A stretch of DNA of 64,000 nt from Anaeromyxobacteraceae bacterium (GCA_047602405.1 JASGHJ010000001.1:1120001-1184000), one strand, 5' to 3'. Positions 40,471 through 51,850 are shown, counted from the stretch's first letter. Program-made: numbers and translations. The notes: a model not told the origin generated them from the sequence alone.

Positions 40471-41301
40471 ATGCGCCGATCCTTCAGCGTCGCCGTGCTC
40501 GCCCTCGTCGCGTGCGCGGCCGAGCCTCGCGTGGAGAAGCCCGCAGCCGCACCCGTGGGGCCTGAGCCGTATCCGGCCGAGTGTGTCGAGCCCGTGGCGC
40601 GCGCTCGGGCGCTCGGGCGCGCGCTCTTCGAGGACGACCTCGTCTCGGCGTGGGGGACGGACGCCGCGATGGCGGCGGGCCTGGAGCGCGAGGCGGGCCT
40701 CAAGACCTGGATCACGACACGCGACACGAATGGCTGGGAGGTTCACTTCCTCGCGGAGCGGGACGGGCGCCTCGTGGAGCCTCTCAAGGTGGGATTTCCG
40801 GCGCAGCCGAGCCTGTCGACCGCGAAGGTCACGCGGAGCGATCCACCGAAGGAGCCTCACCCGGACGTGCGCTTCATGTACGAGGCGTATCGCACGGCGG
40901 CCGAGCCCCCGCACCGCGTATGCAGCCCTCGCTACAACCACGTGGTCTTGCCGGCGGCACGCATCGGAGGCGACGGGTGGCTGATCTACCTGCTCGCCTC
41001 GAGCACGGAGCCTGGCGCGCTCGTGGTGGGTGGTCACGTCCGGCGGATGGTGTCGGCGGACGGCGGGAAGGTGCTCGAGGACGCCGAGATGTCGAAGGAC
41101 TGCATGACGCTGAGAGAGAAGGACGTGCCCCCGGACTCCAAGGTGAAGGCCAGCGTGGTGTCGAACCTGCTCTGGCCCTGCCCGACGGAGGTCCACGTCT
41201 GGCTGTCGCTGCTCTCCCGCAAGGACCTCTACGTCGTGAACAAGACAGGTCTCTGGGAGATTGACGGCACGAAGGTCACTTACCTCGGCGAGGCGAAGTA
41301 G
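40471..41301 (+). CDS. Hypothetical lipoprotein with atypical codon usage
   Basis: Lipobox LVAC; many A/T-ending codons. Confidence 0.75.
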   Translation: MRRSFSVAVLALVACAAEPRVEKPAAAPVGPEPYPAECVEPVARARALGRALFEDDLVSAWGTDAAMAAGLEREAGLKTWITTRDTNGWEVHFLAERDGRLVEPLKVGFPAQPSLSTAKVTRSDPPKEPHPDVRFMYEAYRTAAEPPHRVCSPRYNHVVLPAARIGGDGWLIYLLASSTEPGALVVGGHVRRMVSADGGKVLEDAEMSKDCMTLREKDVPPDSKVKASVVSNLLWPCPTEVHVWLSLLSRKDLYVVNKTGLWEIDGTKVTYLGEAK

Positions 41302-41779
41302 CGGCGCGCCGCTTCGGCGGCGCGCTGTCGGCGCTGCGCTTTGCAATGTCCGCCCGGCCCTTCGCCGTGGCGGCCGGCTTCTTCTTCGCGAGCCCCAGGA
41401 GCACCTTCCACTGCGCCGCGTCGAGCGGCACGACCGACAGCCGCCCCTGCTTCACGAGCGGCGAGCCGGCGAACGCCTTCTCGGCCTTCAGCCGCTCGAG
41501 CGTCACCGGGTTCGCGAGCGGCGCCTGCGGCGCGAGATCCACGCAGACCAGGCGATCCGAGCCGGGCTCGGGGTAGGCGGCGCGCACGACCTGCGCGATC
41601 CCCACGGCCGCCTTCTCGCCGCCCGTGTGGTAGATCGCCGCGAGGTCGCCCTCGGCCATCGCGCGCAGGTTCAGCTGGGCCTGGGGGTTCGCGACGCCGG
41701 TCCAGGCGGTCCGGCCCTCTCGCGACAGGTCGTCCCAGGAGTACGTTCCAGGCTCGGTCTTGAGGAGCCAGCGGTTCAT
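41276..41779 (-). CDS. EVE domain protein
   Basis: WLLKTEPGTYSWDDL, WTGVAN, IYHTG, RLSVVP. Confidence 0.9.
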   Translation of the reverse strand: MNRWLLKTEPGTYSWDDLSREGRTAWTGVANPQAQLNLRAMAEGDLAAIYHTGGEKAAVGIAQVVRAAYPEPGSDRLVCVDLAPQAPLANPVTLERLKAEKAFAGSPLVKQGRLSVVPLDAAQWKVLLGLAKKKPAATAKGRADIAKRSADSAPPKRRAATSPRRGK

Positions 41780-41869
41780 GCGCCCGGACCTAACCCCAGG
41801 CGCGGCGCGGGCGCAACGGGGCACCCCGTGGATCCCTCCGCGCGCCCCCTGTGGTAAACCGGTTGCCCT

Positions 41870-42265
41870 ATGTTCGGCCTCGGGATGGGCGAGATCGTGA
41901 TCATCGCCATCCTGGCGCTTCTCCTGCTCGGGCCCGACCGGCTCCCCGACGCGGCGAAGCAGCTGGGTAAGACGATGCGTCAGCTGAAGAGGCACACGGA
42001 CGATCTCAAGGAGCAGTTCGAGGCCGAGCTGTACGCCGAGGAGCGCGGGGCCGCGAAGCCCTCGCTCGTCGCGCCGATCCCGACCGGGAAGCCCGCCGGC
42101 CCGTCCGAGCCGCCGCCGCCCGCCACCCTCGCGAACGTGCCCGGCCTCGAGGCCGCGCTCGTGGGCGACGAGCCCGCCCCGGCGGCCGCCACCGTGGTTC
42201 GACAGGCTCACCATGACCGGGAGGCGCCCGCCGCCCCCGTCACCGCCGAGAAGCCCACCGCATGA
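41870..42265 (+). CDS. tatB: Twin-arginine translocase TatB
   Basis: MFGLGMGEIVIIAILALLLLGPDRLP. Confidence 0.9.
   Translation: MFGLGMGEIVIIAILALLLLGPDRLPDAAKQLGKTMRQLKRHTDDLKEQFEAELYAEERGAAKPSLVAPIPTGKPAGPSEPPPPATLANVPGLEAALVGDEPAPAAATVVRQAHHDREAPAAPVTAEKPTA
42193..42220 (-). repeat. Short REP-like element inside tatB tail
   Basis: GTGGTTCGACAGGCTCACCATGACCGG shares TTCGAC...GCTCA..ATGA.CGG with the 19855 copy. Confidence 0.6.
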
Positions 42266-43077
42266 GCGCCGTGCCGACCCTGCCGCCTCCCGAGAAACCG
42301 AGCGAGCCCGAGAACGAGGTGAAGCTCAGCTTCTTCGACCACCTCGGCGAGCTGCGCAAGCGCCTCACCCAGTGCCTCATCGGCGTCGCGATCGGCATGC
42401 TCGTCGTCGGTGTCTTCACGAGCGAGATCTTCGACTGGCTGATGGTGCCGGTGCTGCAGGCGCTGCCGGAGGGCGCGAAGAAGCTCAACTACACCGATCC
42501 CATCGAGCCCTTCATGATCTACCTGAAGGTCGCGATGTACGGCGGCATCTTCGTCTCGGTGCCGTGGATCCTCTACCAGCTCTGGCTGTTCGTCGCGCCC
42601 GGCCTCTACAAGAAGGAGCGCGGCATCGTCGTGCCCTTCATCGTGTCCGGCACGATCCTCTTCTACGCGGGCGCCGCGTTCTGCCGCTGGCTCGTGATGC
42701 CGCCCGCGTTCCCGGCCATCCTGGCCATCGCGAACTCGCAGACCCTCACCCCGATGCTGACGATGAGCGCGACGCTCTCGCTCGTGCTCGCCATGCTGCT
42801 CGGGTTCGGGATCGTCTTCGAGGTGCCGGTCGTCATCGCGTTCCTCGCGATGATCGGCCTCGTCGAGGCGAAGACGCTCGCGAAGTACCGCCGCTTCGCG
42901 ATCGTCGTGAACGTCGCGGCCGCCGCGATCATCACGCCGACCGGCGACCCCATCAACCTCGCCATGATGGCGGTGCCGATGATCTTCTTCTACGAGATCG
43001 GCATCGTCCTCGCGCGCATCCTCGGGAAGAGGCGCAAGGAAGACCAGGCGAAGGCGCTCGCGAAGCTGGCGCAGTAG
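42262..43077 (+). CDS. tatC: Twin-arginine translocase TatC
   Basis: HLGELRKRL, FVAPGLYKKE, FEVPV, IITPTGD. Confidence 0.95.
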   Translation: MSAVPTLPPPEKPSEPENEVKLSFFDHLGELRKRLTQCLIGVAIGMLVVGVFTSEIFDWLMVPVLQALPEGAKKLNYTDPIEPFMIYLKVAMYGGIFVSVPWILYQLWLFVAPGLYKKERGIVVPFIVSGTILFYAGAAFCRWLVMPPAFPAILAIANSQTLTPMLTMSATLSLVLAMLLGFGIVFEVPVVIAFLAMIGLVEAKTLAKYRRFAIVVNVAAAAIITPTGDPINLAMMAVPMIFFYEIGIVLARILGKRRKEDQAKALAKLAQ

Positions 43078-43160
43078 CCGGGCGCCTCCGCGCAGCCCTC
43101 GAGAGGCTCCGGCCCCCGATTCCGACCCCCGGCGTCCCGTTCCGGGCGTAGCATCCGCGC

Positions 43161-43352
43161 GTGCTGGCGCTCCAGGCCGTCCTCGCCCTCTACGCCGTCG
43201 TGATGATCTGGCGTTACCTCCCGGCCGCACTCCGGGGGGTGAAGGGCGAGCGGGGCCCCCGCACCTACGTCGCCCTCTTCATCGTCGCCATGGCCGTGGC
43301 CATCCTGGTCGTGGCCGTGAAAGACCTCGCCCGGAGCCTTATCTCCAGGTAG
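43161..43352 (+). CDS. Small two-TM protein
   Basis: Two hydrophobic segments; fills gap between tatC and thiolase. Confidence 0.55.
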   Translation: MLALQAVLALYAVVMIWRYLPAALRGVKGERGPRTYVALFIVAMAVAILVVAVKDLARSLISR

Positions 43353-43372
43353 CGCACCCCAGGAGGCACACC

Positions 43373-44569
<1,197 letters not shown>

Positions 44570-45316
44570 ATGGCGCGACGGGGCGGCGGAGAGTTCGAGC
44601 GGCTGTTCTCGTTCGGCGGGCGCGTGGCGCCGGGGGCGGGCTTCCTGCTCGCGGCGCTGGTCGTGCTGTTCCTCGCCGACAACCTCATGGGCGGCGCGGC
44701 GAGCGCCTGGCTCGCGCTCTCGCCGCCGCTCGTGGTCGAGGGCGGCCAGCTCTGGCGGCTCGCCACCTGGACGCTGCTCGAGCGCCAGCCGATCAACCTC
44801 CTCTTCGCCGGCCTGTGGATCTGGCAGACCGGCGGCCAGCTCGCCTGGGGCTGGGGCACCGGCCGGTTCCTGGGCGTCTGGTTCGGCATGACCATCGGGG
44901 CGGGCTTCCTCCAGACGCTCGCGGGCTTGTTCCTCGGCGGTTCGTTCGCCGCCGCGCAGGCCAGCCCCTGGCCGATCCTCGTGGCGCTCCTCCTCATGTG
45001 GGCGATGGCGCACCGGGGCGCGCAGATGAGCTGGTTCGGCGTGCTGCCGATGACCTCCGAGACGCTCGCGTGGGTCATCCTAGGCGGCACCGTGCTCTTC
45101 GCGATCGCCTCGCCCGCGCGCGGCACGTTCGTCACCAACTTCGCCGCGCTCGCCATCGCCTACGCGCTCGCCGGCCCCGGCCTGCCGTTCCAGCGCTGGT
45201 GGTACCGGATGCGCGCGGAGCTGCACGTGCGCGACTCGAAGCGCCGCGCCGCGCGCTCGAACCTCAAGGTCGTCGGCAAGAACGGCCCGAACGACCCGCC
45301 GAGGTGGATGAACTGA
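44570..45316 (+). CDS. Rhomboid-like membrane protein, probably non-catalytic
   Basis: GQLWRLATW motif, multiple TM helices, no GxSG. Confidence 0.65.
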   Translation: MARRGGGEFERLFSFGGRVAPGAGFLLAALVVLFLADNLMGGAASAWLALSPPLVVEGGQLWRLATWTLLERQPINLLFAGLWIWQTGGQLAWGWGTGRFLGVWFGMTIGAGFLQTLAGLFLGGSFAAAQASPWPILVALLLMWAMAHRGAQMSWFGVLPMTSETLAWVILGGTVLFAIASPARGTFVTNFAALAIAYALAGPGLPFQRWWYRMRAELHVRDSKRRAARSNLKVVGKNGPNDPPRWMN

Positions 45317-45317
45317 G

Positions 45318-46130
45318 TCAGGGTGCGCGCTCTGGGAGCCGCTCCGCGGCGAGGGTGAGCACCTCGGGCAGCCAGATCGACTCGTACCGGTCGGACGCCG
45401 CGCGCTCGATGCGGGCGGCCACCGCCGCGTCGAGGCGCTCGTCGGGCACGCCCTTCACGAGCGGCAGCAGGAGGGTGAGGTCCTCGGTGCCGCTCGGGTC
45501 CTCCGCGTAGGACCGCGCGAGCGCCGCGCGCTGCGCGCCGGTCAAGCGCGAGGCGAGCGCGGGTTCGCCGCGCTTCGCGCCCCATGCGCGCCACCGTTCG
45601 GGGGCGAGGTCCTCGAGCCCGTGGCAGCGGGTCGCGGCATGGCTCGCCGCCTCCAGGGCCCATGTGAGCCGTTCCGCCTCGGTGACCCGGCCACGCTGCT
45701 GCAGCGCGAGTGCCTTCCGCGCGAGGGTACGGAACTGGCGGAGCCCCTCGACGTCCGCGTAGACGAGGCCGTAGGCGAAGCCGTAGGGGTACCAGCGAGG
45801 CGGGCCCTCGTCGGCGCGGCGGAAGAAGCCCCATCGCGCGTCCCGGGACAGGAACGCGAGCACGAGCCGCCCGGGCTCGAACCTCCCGGGCGCCGGGCAG
45901 ATGACCCGCTCATCGCTGTAGACCTCGAGGACCTCGGGCGCCCGGCCCTTCCACGTCTCGAGCACGCGCAGCCGCTCGTTTGACTCGACGTATCCGACCA
46001 CGACGAGCGGCGCGCGCTCGAGCTGGCCCCACAGCGGTTGAGGTGGGATGGGCTCCCCGGAGGCTGGCGCGGGGAGCGTCAGCGCGAGGAGCGTGGCAGC
46101 GACCAGGGAGGTGTTCTCGCTCCATCCCAT
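45318..46130 (-). CDS. Exported hypothetical protein with atypical codon usage
   Basis: Signal peptide; LRVLETWKG; more A/T-ending codons. Confidence 0.65.
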   Translation of the reverse strand: MGWSENTSLVAATLLALTLPAPASGEPIPPQPLWGQLERAPLVVVGYVESNERLRVLETWKGRAPEVLEVYSDERVICPAPGRFEPGRLVLAFLSRDARWGFFRRADEGPPRWYPYGFAYGLVYADVEGLRQFRTLARKALALQQRGRVTEAERLTWALEAASHAATRCHGLEDLAPERWRAWGAKRGEPALASRLTGAQRAALARSYAEDPSGTEDLTLLLPLVKGVPDERLDAAVAARIERAASDRYESIWLPEVLTLAAERLPERAP

Positions 46131-46282
46131 GCCGCGAGGTTAGCGACCGCGTTCGTGCTTGTGACACACGATGCAGCCCTCGGGCCGCGGCGTGCAGGGA
46201 ACGGGCGCTCCTCGTCTCCGCCGCCCGCTTCGCCGCGGCTACGCCAGGGGCGTACGGCTTCCAGGGCCAGGAACCCGGCGCT

Positions 46283-49144
46283 CTACCCCACCGCCACCTG
46301 CTTCACCGCCGCCCGGTAGATCCAGATGCGGCCGGTGTTGGTGCGGTTGTCGGCGGGGATCATGAAGAAGCCGATCCCGCCCTCCTGGTAGTCCGGGCTG
46401 AAGCCGGCGACCTGACGGCCGTCCTTGAACGTCACGCGGACGCGCTTGCCCTCGGGGGCGGGCGACGACTCGCCGGGCGCGAGCATGAAGAAGATGGCCT
46501 TCACGCGATCGGCGCCGAGCACCTCGGGCTCCGCGCTGGGCGACGGCGCGAGGCCGAGCACGGGCGAGGCGAGGTCGGCGTCGGTGAGGACGCCGCGCTT
46601 CACGAGCCCCTCGAGCGTGTGCACGACCACGCGGTGCACGCCGGGGACGTACGCCGCGGTCTGCTGCGGCTCCTCGACGTCGAGCTCGTCGATGGGGAGC
46701 GCGACGTCCTCCGGCTCCGGGGCGGGCGCGGCCGGGGGCGGCGAGGCGGGCGGCGCGACCGCGGCCATGGGCTGCGGGGTCAGCATCGGCGGCGGCCGGC
46801 GGGCGGGGGCCGGCGGCGCGGCGGGCGGAGGAGGTGCCGGGTCGGGCAGCGGGGCCGCAGGGCGCGCGGACACCGCGGCGGCCGCGACCGCAGCGGGCGA
46901 CGGCGAGGGCGGGAAGGGCTCGGCGATCGCGGACGGGAAGTCGAGGTCGGGCGCGGCCTCGCCGGCCGCCTCCGGCGCCTGCACGATCTCCTCGAGGACC
47001 TCCTCCTGGACGGGGGTCTCCTCGACCTCCACGGGCCCGAGGTCGACGGTCTCGATCGGCTCGACGAACTCGTCGGCCTCGAGCTCGGGGATCTCGTCGA
47101 TCGACGGCACCGGTTCCGGCGGGAGCGAGGCGGTCGGGGCGATGGGCGCCGGCGTCGGGGCCGGACGCGAGATCGTCCGAGGGGCAGGAGCGGGGGCCGG
47201 CGCAGGCGCGGGAAGGGCCGCCGCGCGGAGACCCGGCGGCGGGCCCGCCGGGGCGCGCGGCGCGGCGGGCGGCGGGGGGGATGTGGGGGGCGCCGGCGGC
47301 TCCGGCTCGCGCCCGAGGTCGAGGCTGTCGAGCGCGCCGAGCTCCGGCTCGGCCTCCGGCTGCGGTGCCGTCGCCGGTGTCGCGCCGGGCCCGCCGAGCG
47401 CGAGCGGCGGCGCGGAGATCGCGAAGAAGTCGTCGGCGACGTCGCCGGTGAGGTCCGGCGCGGAGCGGTCGAGCTCGACCGGCGCGCCGAGGTCGCGCTC
47501 CGGCTCGGGGTCGGTGAGCTCGGCGCGCTGCTCCCAGGGCTGATCCGCCTCGGGCGCGGCGCCGGCCCACTCGGGCGAGCGCGCGTCAGCGGCGGCGTCG
47601 AACGAGCCGCCCGACGCGAGCGCGAAGCCCTGGTCGAGCGCGGCGTCGGGCTGCCAGCTCGGCGCCTCGGCGTGGGCCGCCTCGTCGCCGAGGTGCGCGA
47701 CCTGCGGCGCCTCGTACCCGGTGACGCCGAAGCCGGCGTTGTCGTCGTACTCGCCCGGCACCGCCTCGAAGCCCTCGGGGAGCTGCGCGGGGTCGATCGC
47801 GGACGCGGCCGCCGCGTCGAACGGGAGCGAGCCGTCCTCGGGCGCCTGCGCGGCGAACGCCGTGGGCCCCGCGCCGTCGTACTCGCCGAGCGCGACCTCT
47901 CCCTGCGGCGGCTCGACGGGCGCGCCGCTCGGATCCCAGGCGTCCGGGAACGCAACCCCGGTCGCGTCGGCCTCGGGCACGAGCGCGTAGGGATCGTCGG
48001 CCTGGGCGGGGCCGGGCTCGCCGGGGTACCCGACGCCGTCGTGCGGCGACGCTGCCGGGGCGCTGGCCGCCCAGTCGCCCTGGGCGCCGTCGGCGTCGGT
48101 CGCCATCGAGAAGGCGGGGTCCCCCTCGACGAGGGTCGCCTCGGGGAGGTGAGCCTCCTCCTCGGCGGGCACCGTCGACGCGGGCACGTAGTCGGCGTCG
48201 TACTCCGCCGGCGCCGCCTCGACGGCCGGGACGGCCTCGAACGCCGCGACGGCCTCGACCGCCTCGACCGCCTCCACGCCCGGGACCTCGGCCGGCGCGG
48301 CCTCGGCGCCCGCGAGCGAGGCGGGGTCCCACGCCGCGTCGGCGGGCGCGGCCGCGTACGGGTCGGCGTAAGCCTGCGCGTTCGGATCCCAGCCCGCCTG
48401 CGCGGCGGTGTTCGGGTCGTAGGGCTGTGCGTTCGGATCCCAGGCCGCGTTCGGATCGTACGGCGGCTGCGCGGCGTTCGGGTCCCAGGCGGCGTTCGGA
48501 TCCCAGCCGGCCTGTGCGGCGGCGTTCGGGTCGTAAGGCTGCGCGTTCGGGTCCCAGGCCGCGTTCGGATCGTACGGCGGCTGCGCGGCGTTCGGATCCC
48601 ACGCGGCGTTCGGGTCCGCGTACGCCTGCGTGTTCGGATCCCAGGCCTGGTTCGGATCGTAGGCGGGCTGCTCGCCCGCGGCGGCGGCCTGCAGGTCGGC
48701 GGCGTACGCCGGCTGCTCCTCGCCGCCGAGCGACGACGGATCGAAGAGCGCGTCGGCCGGCGCGGCCGGCGTCTCGAGCGGCGCGAAGGGCTGTTCGGCC
48801 CACGCCGCCTCGAGCGCCTGCGCCTCGGGCGCGGGCGCGGGCTGCGCGAAGGAGCCGGGCGCGGACGAGAAGAACGCCTCCTCCGCCGGCGCGAGCTGCT
48901 CCGGGGTGACGGGCTCGGGCGGCGGCGGCGGGCGGTTGCGCAGGCCGGCGGGGAGCAGCGACTCGCGCAGCTTCGCCGCGGCCGCGGTCACGTCGAAGCC
49001 GCCCCGGGGCGCGCCGGCCCCCTCGGGCCCGACGAGCGACTTCAGCTCCGCGTGCCGCTGCCCCTCGGCCGAGGTGAGGCCCTGCGCGAGCCGCTTCTGC
49101 TCGAGGGCCCGATACTCCTTCAACACGCTGCGCTGGTCGGACAT
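46283..49144 (-). CDS. Large acidic Pro/Ala-rich disordered protein with DPN repeats and folded C-terminal domain
   Basis: 953-aa ORF, host-like codons, C-terminal HRVVVHTLEG...RVRVTFKDGR domain. Confidence 0.85.
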   Translation of the reverse strand: MSDQRSVLKEYRALEQKRLAQGLTSAEGQRHAELKSLVGPEGAGAPRGGFDVTAAAAKLRESLLPAGLRNRPPPPPEPVTPEQLAPAEEAFFSSAPGSFAQPAPAPEAQALEAAWAEQPFAPLETPAAPADALFDPSSLGGEEQPAYAADLQAAAAGEQPAYDPNQAWDPNTQAYADPNAAWDPNAAQPPYDPNAAWDPNAQPYDPNAAAQAGWDPNAAWDPNAAQPPYDPNAAWDPNAQPYDPNTAAQAGWDPNAQAYADPYAAAPADAAWDPASLAGAEAAPAEVPGVEAVEAVEAVAAFEAVPAVEAAPAEYDADYVPASTVPAEEEAHLPEATLVEGDPAFSMATDADGAQGDWAASAPAASPHDGVGYPGEPGPAQADDPYALVPEADATGVAFPDAWDPSGAPVEPPQGEVALGEYDGAGPTAFAAQAPEDGSLPFDAAAASAIDPAQLPEGFEAVPGEYDDNAGFGVTGYEAPQVAHLGDEAAHAEAPSWQPDAALDQGFALASGGSFDAAADARSPEWAGAAPEADQPWEQRAELTDPEPERDLGAPVELDRSAPDLTGDVADDFFAISAPPLALGGPGATPATAPQPEAEPELGALDSLDLGREPEPPAPPTSPPPPAAPRAPAGPPPGLRAAALPAPAPAPAPAPRTISRPAPTPAPIAPTASLPPEPVPSIDEIPELEADEFVEPIETVDLGPVEVEETPVQEEVLEEIVQAPEAAGEAAPDLDFPSAIAEPFPPSPSPAAVAAAAVSARPAAPLPDPAPPPPAAPPAPARRPPPMLTPQPMAAVAPPASPPPAAPAPEPEDVALPIDELDVEEPQQTAAYVPGVHRVVVHTLEGLVKRGVLTDADLASPVLGLAPSPSAEPEVLGADRVKAIFFMLAPGESSPAPEGKRVRVTFKDGRQVAGFSPDYQEGGIGFFMIPADNRTNTGRIWIYRAAVKQVAVG
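48320..48665 (-). repeat. Coding tandem repeat (W/Y)DPNA
   Basis: 13 DPN units; repeated GTTCGG(A/G)TC on + strand. Confidence 0.85.
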
Positions 49145-49160
49145 GGGAGTCGGGTTCGGG

Positions 49161-49211
49161 CGTCCCTCGACTCCGGCCTGCCTACGGCAGGCCTACGCTC
49201 GGGATGAGCGG
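49161..49211 (-). repeat. REP-like palindromic repeat
   Basis: Reverse complement nearly identical to 6326-6376. Confidence 0.8.
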
Positions 49212-49309
49212 GTCTTGGGGTGAGCGGCCAATGATAGCCCGGCCCAAGCCCGCAGGAAAACGGGAGGCCGGCTTGCGCGGGACGCTCAACGCGGGCATGT
49301 AGGCAGCGC

Positions 49310-51242
49310 GTGAAGCGAGCACTCCCGGTCGTCGGCAACCGCCCGAAAGCACCGCTCCCGGCGAGGGAGCGATTCCTCCCGATCTCGCGCGATGACATGG
49401 CCGCGCGCGGCTGGGACGCGCTCGACGTGCTGATCGTGACCGGAGACGCCTACGTCGACCACCCGAGCTTCGGCGGCGCGGTCATCGCCCGGGTGCTCGA
49501 GGCGCGCGGGCTCAAGGTCGGCGTCGTCGCGCAGCCGGACTGGCGCTCGCCCGCCGACGTGCTGCGGATGGGGAAGCCGCGCCTGTTCGTCGGGATCACC
49601 TCGGGCGCGATGGACTCGATGGTGAACCACTACACCGCGCACAAGCGCAAGCGCTCCGACGACGCCTACACGCCCGGCGGCGAGGCGGGCAGGCGCCCGG
49701 ACCGCGCGACCTCGGTGTACGCGCGCCTCTGCCGGGAGGCGTTCGGGCCCACCACGCCGATCGTCCTCGGCGGCATCGAGGCGTCGCTCCGGCGCATCTC
49801 GCACTACGACTACTGGGACGACCGGGTGCTCCCGTCGGTGCTCGTCCCGTCGGGCGCCGACCTCCTCGTCTACGGGCAGGGCGAGAAGCCCATCGTCGAG
49901 ATCGCCCGGCGCCTCGCCGCCGGCGAGGACGTCTCGGGCCTCACCGACGTGCCCGGCACCGCGGTGCTCCTGCCCGACCTCGCCATCGCCGACCTCGCCT
50001 CGCGTCCGCGCGGCACGCTCGAGCTGCCGGGCCACGAGGACGTCGCGCGCGACAAGAAGGTGTTCGCGGAGTTCAGCCGCCTCTACCACCTCGAGCACAA
50101 CGGCGACAACGCGCGGATCCTCGTCCAGCAGGTCGGGAAGGGCGCGAACAGGCGCTACGTCGTCGTGAACGAGCCGATGGCGGCACCCTCGACCGAGGAG
50201 CTCGACCGCATCGCCGAGCTGCCCTACGTGCGCGACCCGCACCCGGTCTACGGCGGCGCGCACATCCCGGCGATGGAGCAGATCAAGTGGTCGATCCAGA
50301 ATCCTCCGCGGCTGCGCGGCGGGCTGCTCGTTCTGCTGCATCACCGAGCACCAGGGGCGCGACGTCTCCTCGCGCTCCGAGGCGAGCGTGCTCCGCGAGC
50401 TCGAGACCCTCGCCGCGCGCCCGGACTTCAAGGGCACCATCACCGACGTCGGCGGCGCGACCGCCAACATGTGGCAGATGGGCTGCGGGAGCCCGGAGGC
50501 GCACGCCGTCTGCCGCCGCGCCTCGTGCGTCTACCCGACCGTCTGCAAGTTCTTCACGACCGACCACGGCCCGCTCATCGACCTCTACGAGAAGGCGCGC
50601 GCGGTGAAGGGCGTGAAGCACCTCTTCGTCGGCTCCGGCGTCCGCTACGACGTCGCGCAGGCCGATGAGAAGAACGGCGGGCGGTACCTGAAGGAGCTCG
50701 TGGCGCACCACGTCTCGGGCCAGCTCAAGGTCGCGCCCGAGCACGTGTGCGAGCCCGTGCTCGCCGTCATGAAGAAGCCGAAGGTCGACTCCTTCGAGCG
50801 CTTCCGGAAGGACTTCGCCCGCTACACGAAGGAGGCGGGAAAGGAGCAGTACCTCGTCCCGTACTTCATCTCGTCGCACCCGGGCTCCTCGCTCGAGGAG
50901 GCGGCGCAGCTCATGGAGTACCTGCAGCGCAACAACTGGCGGCCGCAGCAGGTGCAGGACTTCATGCCGACGCCGATGACGCTCGCGTCCGACATGTTCT
51001 GGTCCGGCTACCACCCGATGACCGGCAAGCCCGTGCACGTCACGCGCGACATGCACGAGAAGAAGCTGCAGAAGGCGCTGCTGCGCTGGGGTGATCCCGC
51101 GAACAAGCCGCTCGTCGAGGAGGCGCTGCGGCGCACCGGGCGGCTCAAGCCCGGCCAGCGGCTCGGGCCGGGCATGCGCCCGCCCGGCCAGGGTCCGCGG
51201 CGCGGACGGCCCCTCCGTAAAGCGCCCACCCGCCGGCCCTGA
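49310..51242 (+). CDS. ygiQ: YgiQ/UPF0313 radical SAM protein, apparent 1-bp insertion at 50300-50301
   Basis: GDAYVDHPSFG, DSMVNHYT, GGIEASLRR; removing one A restores RGCAAGCSFC; LKVAPEH, QVQDFMPTP. Confidence 0.88.
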
Positions 51243-51358
51243 GCCTCACCCGGGGGTGAGCCCGGCCCCGGCGACCGGATGACCGAAAAGCCCCTGGAAA
51301 CGGGCCCCTGGCGCGTGTCCGGCACCGGCCCGCCGCGTGCTCAGGTGGGTGCTCCGAG

Positions 51359-51850
51359 GTGGCCTTGGAGCTCACGGTCGACGAACGGTTTCCCGAGTGC
51401 CTGATCGGCCACGCCGGTCCGCTCGCGGTGTGCGTGTGGCGCGGCGCGCCCACGCTGCCGGCGCTCGAGGCCTTCGGGCGCTGCGAGGAGCAGCTCCTCG
51501 AGGCGCACCCCCGCATCAGCTCGCTCGTGGTCGTGCGCGAGCACAAGGGCCGCGCCGCCCGCCCCGACCCGGTGGTCGAGGCGCTGGAGGTGAGGCTCGC
51601 CGACGTCCTCTCGCCACGCACGGTCGGCGCCGCGTTCGTGGTCGAGGCCCGCGGCCTCGCCGGCGCCATCGCGCACGGCGCCCGCGCGAAGCTCATCCCG
51701 CACCTCTCGGCGCCGAACGAGGCCTTCCCGCGCGTCGCCGACGCCCTGCAGTGGCTCGCGCGCCTGCCGGGCCAGCATCCGGAGCTGTACGCCGCCCCCG
51801 AGCTCGCCTGCGACCTCGAGCTGCTCGGCCGGGGCGACCGCGACGCCTGA
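51359..51850 (+). CDS. Hypothetical protein (possibly STAS/SpoIIAA-like)
   Basis: Host-like codons; VCVWRGAPT...FPRVADALQWL. Confidence 0.6.
   Translation: MALELTVDERFPECLIGHAGPLAVCVWRGAPTLPALEAFGRCEEQLLEAHPRISSLVVVREHKGRAARPDPVVEALEVRLADVLSPRTVGAAFVVEARGLAGAIAHGARAKLIPHLSAPNEAFPRVADALQWLARLPGQHPELYAAPELACDLELLGRGDRDA

Noticed and set aside
41276..41779. EVE protein as part of a modification-dependent restriction system
   Set aside because: Stand-alone gene with no nuclease or defence neighbours
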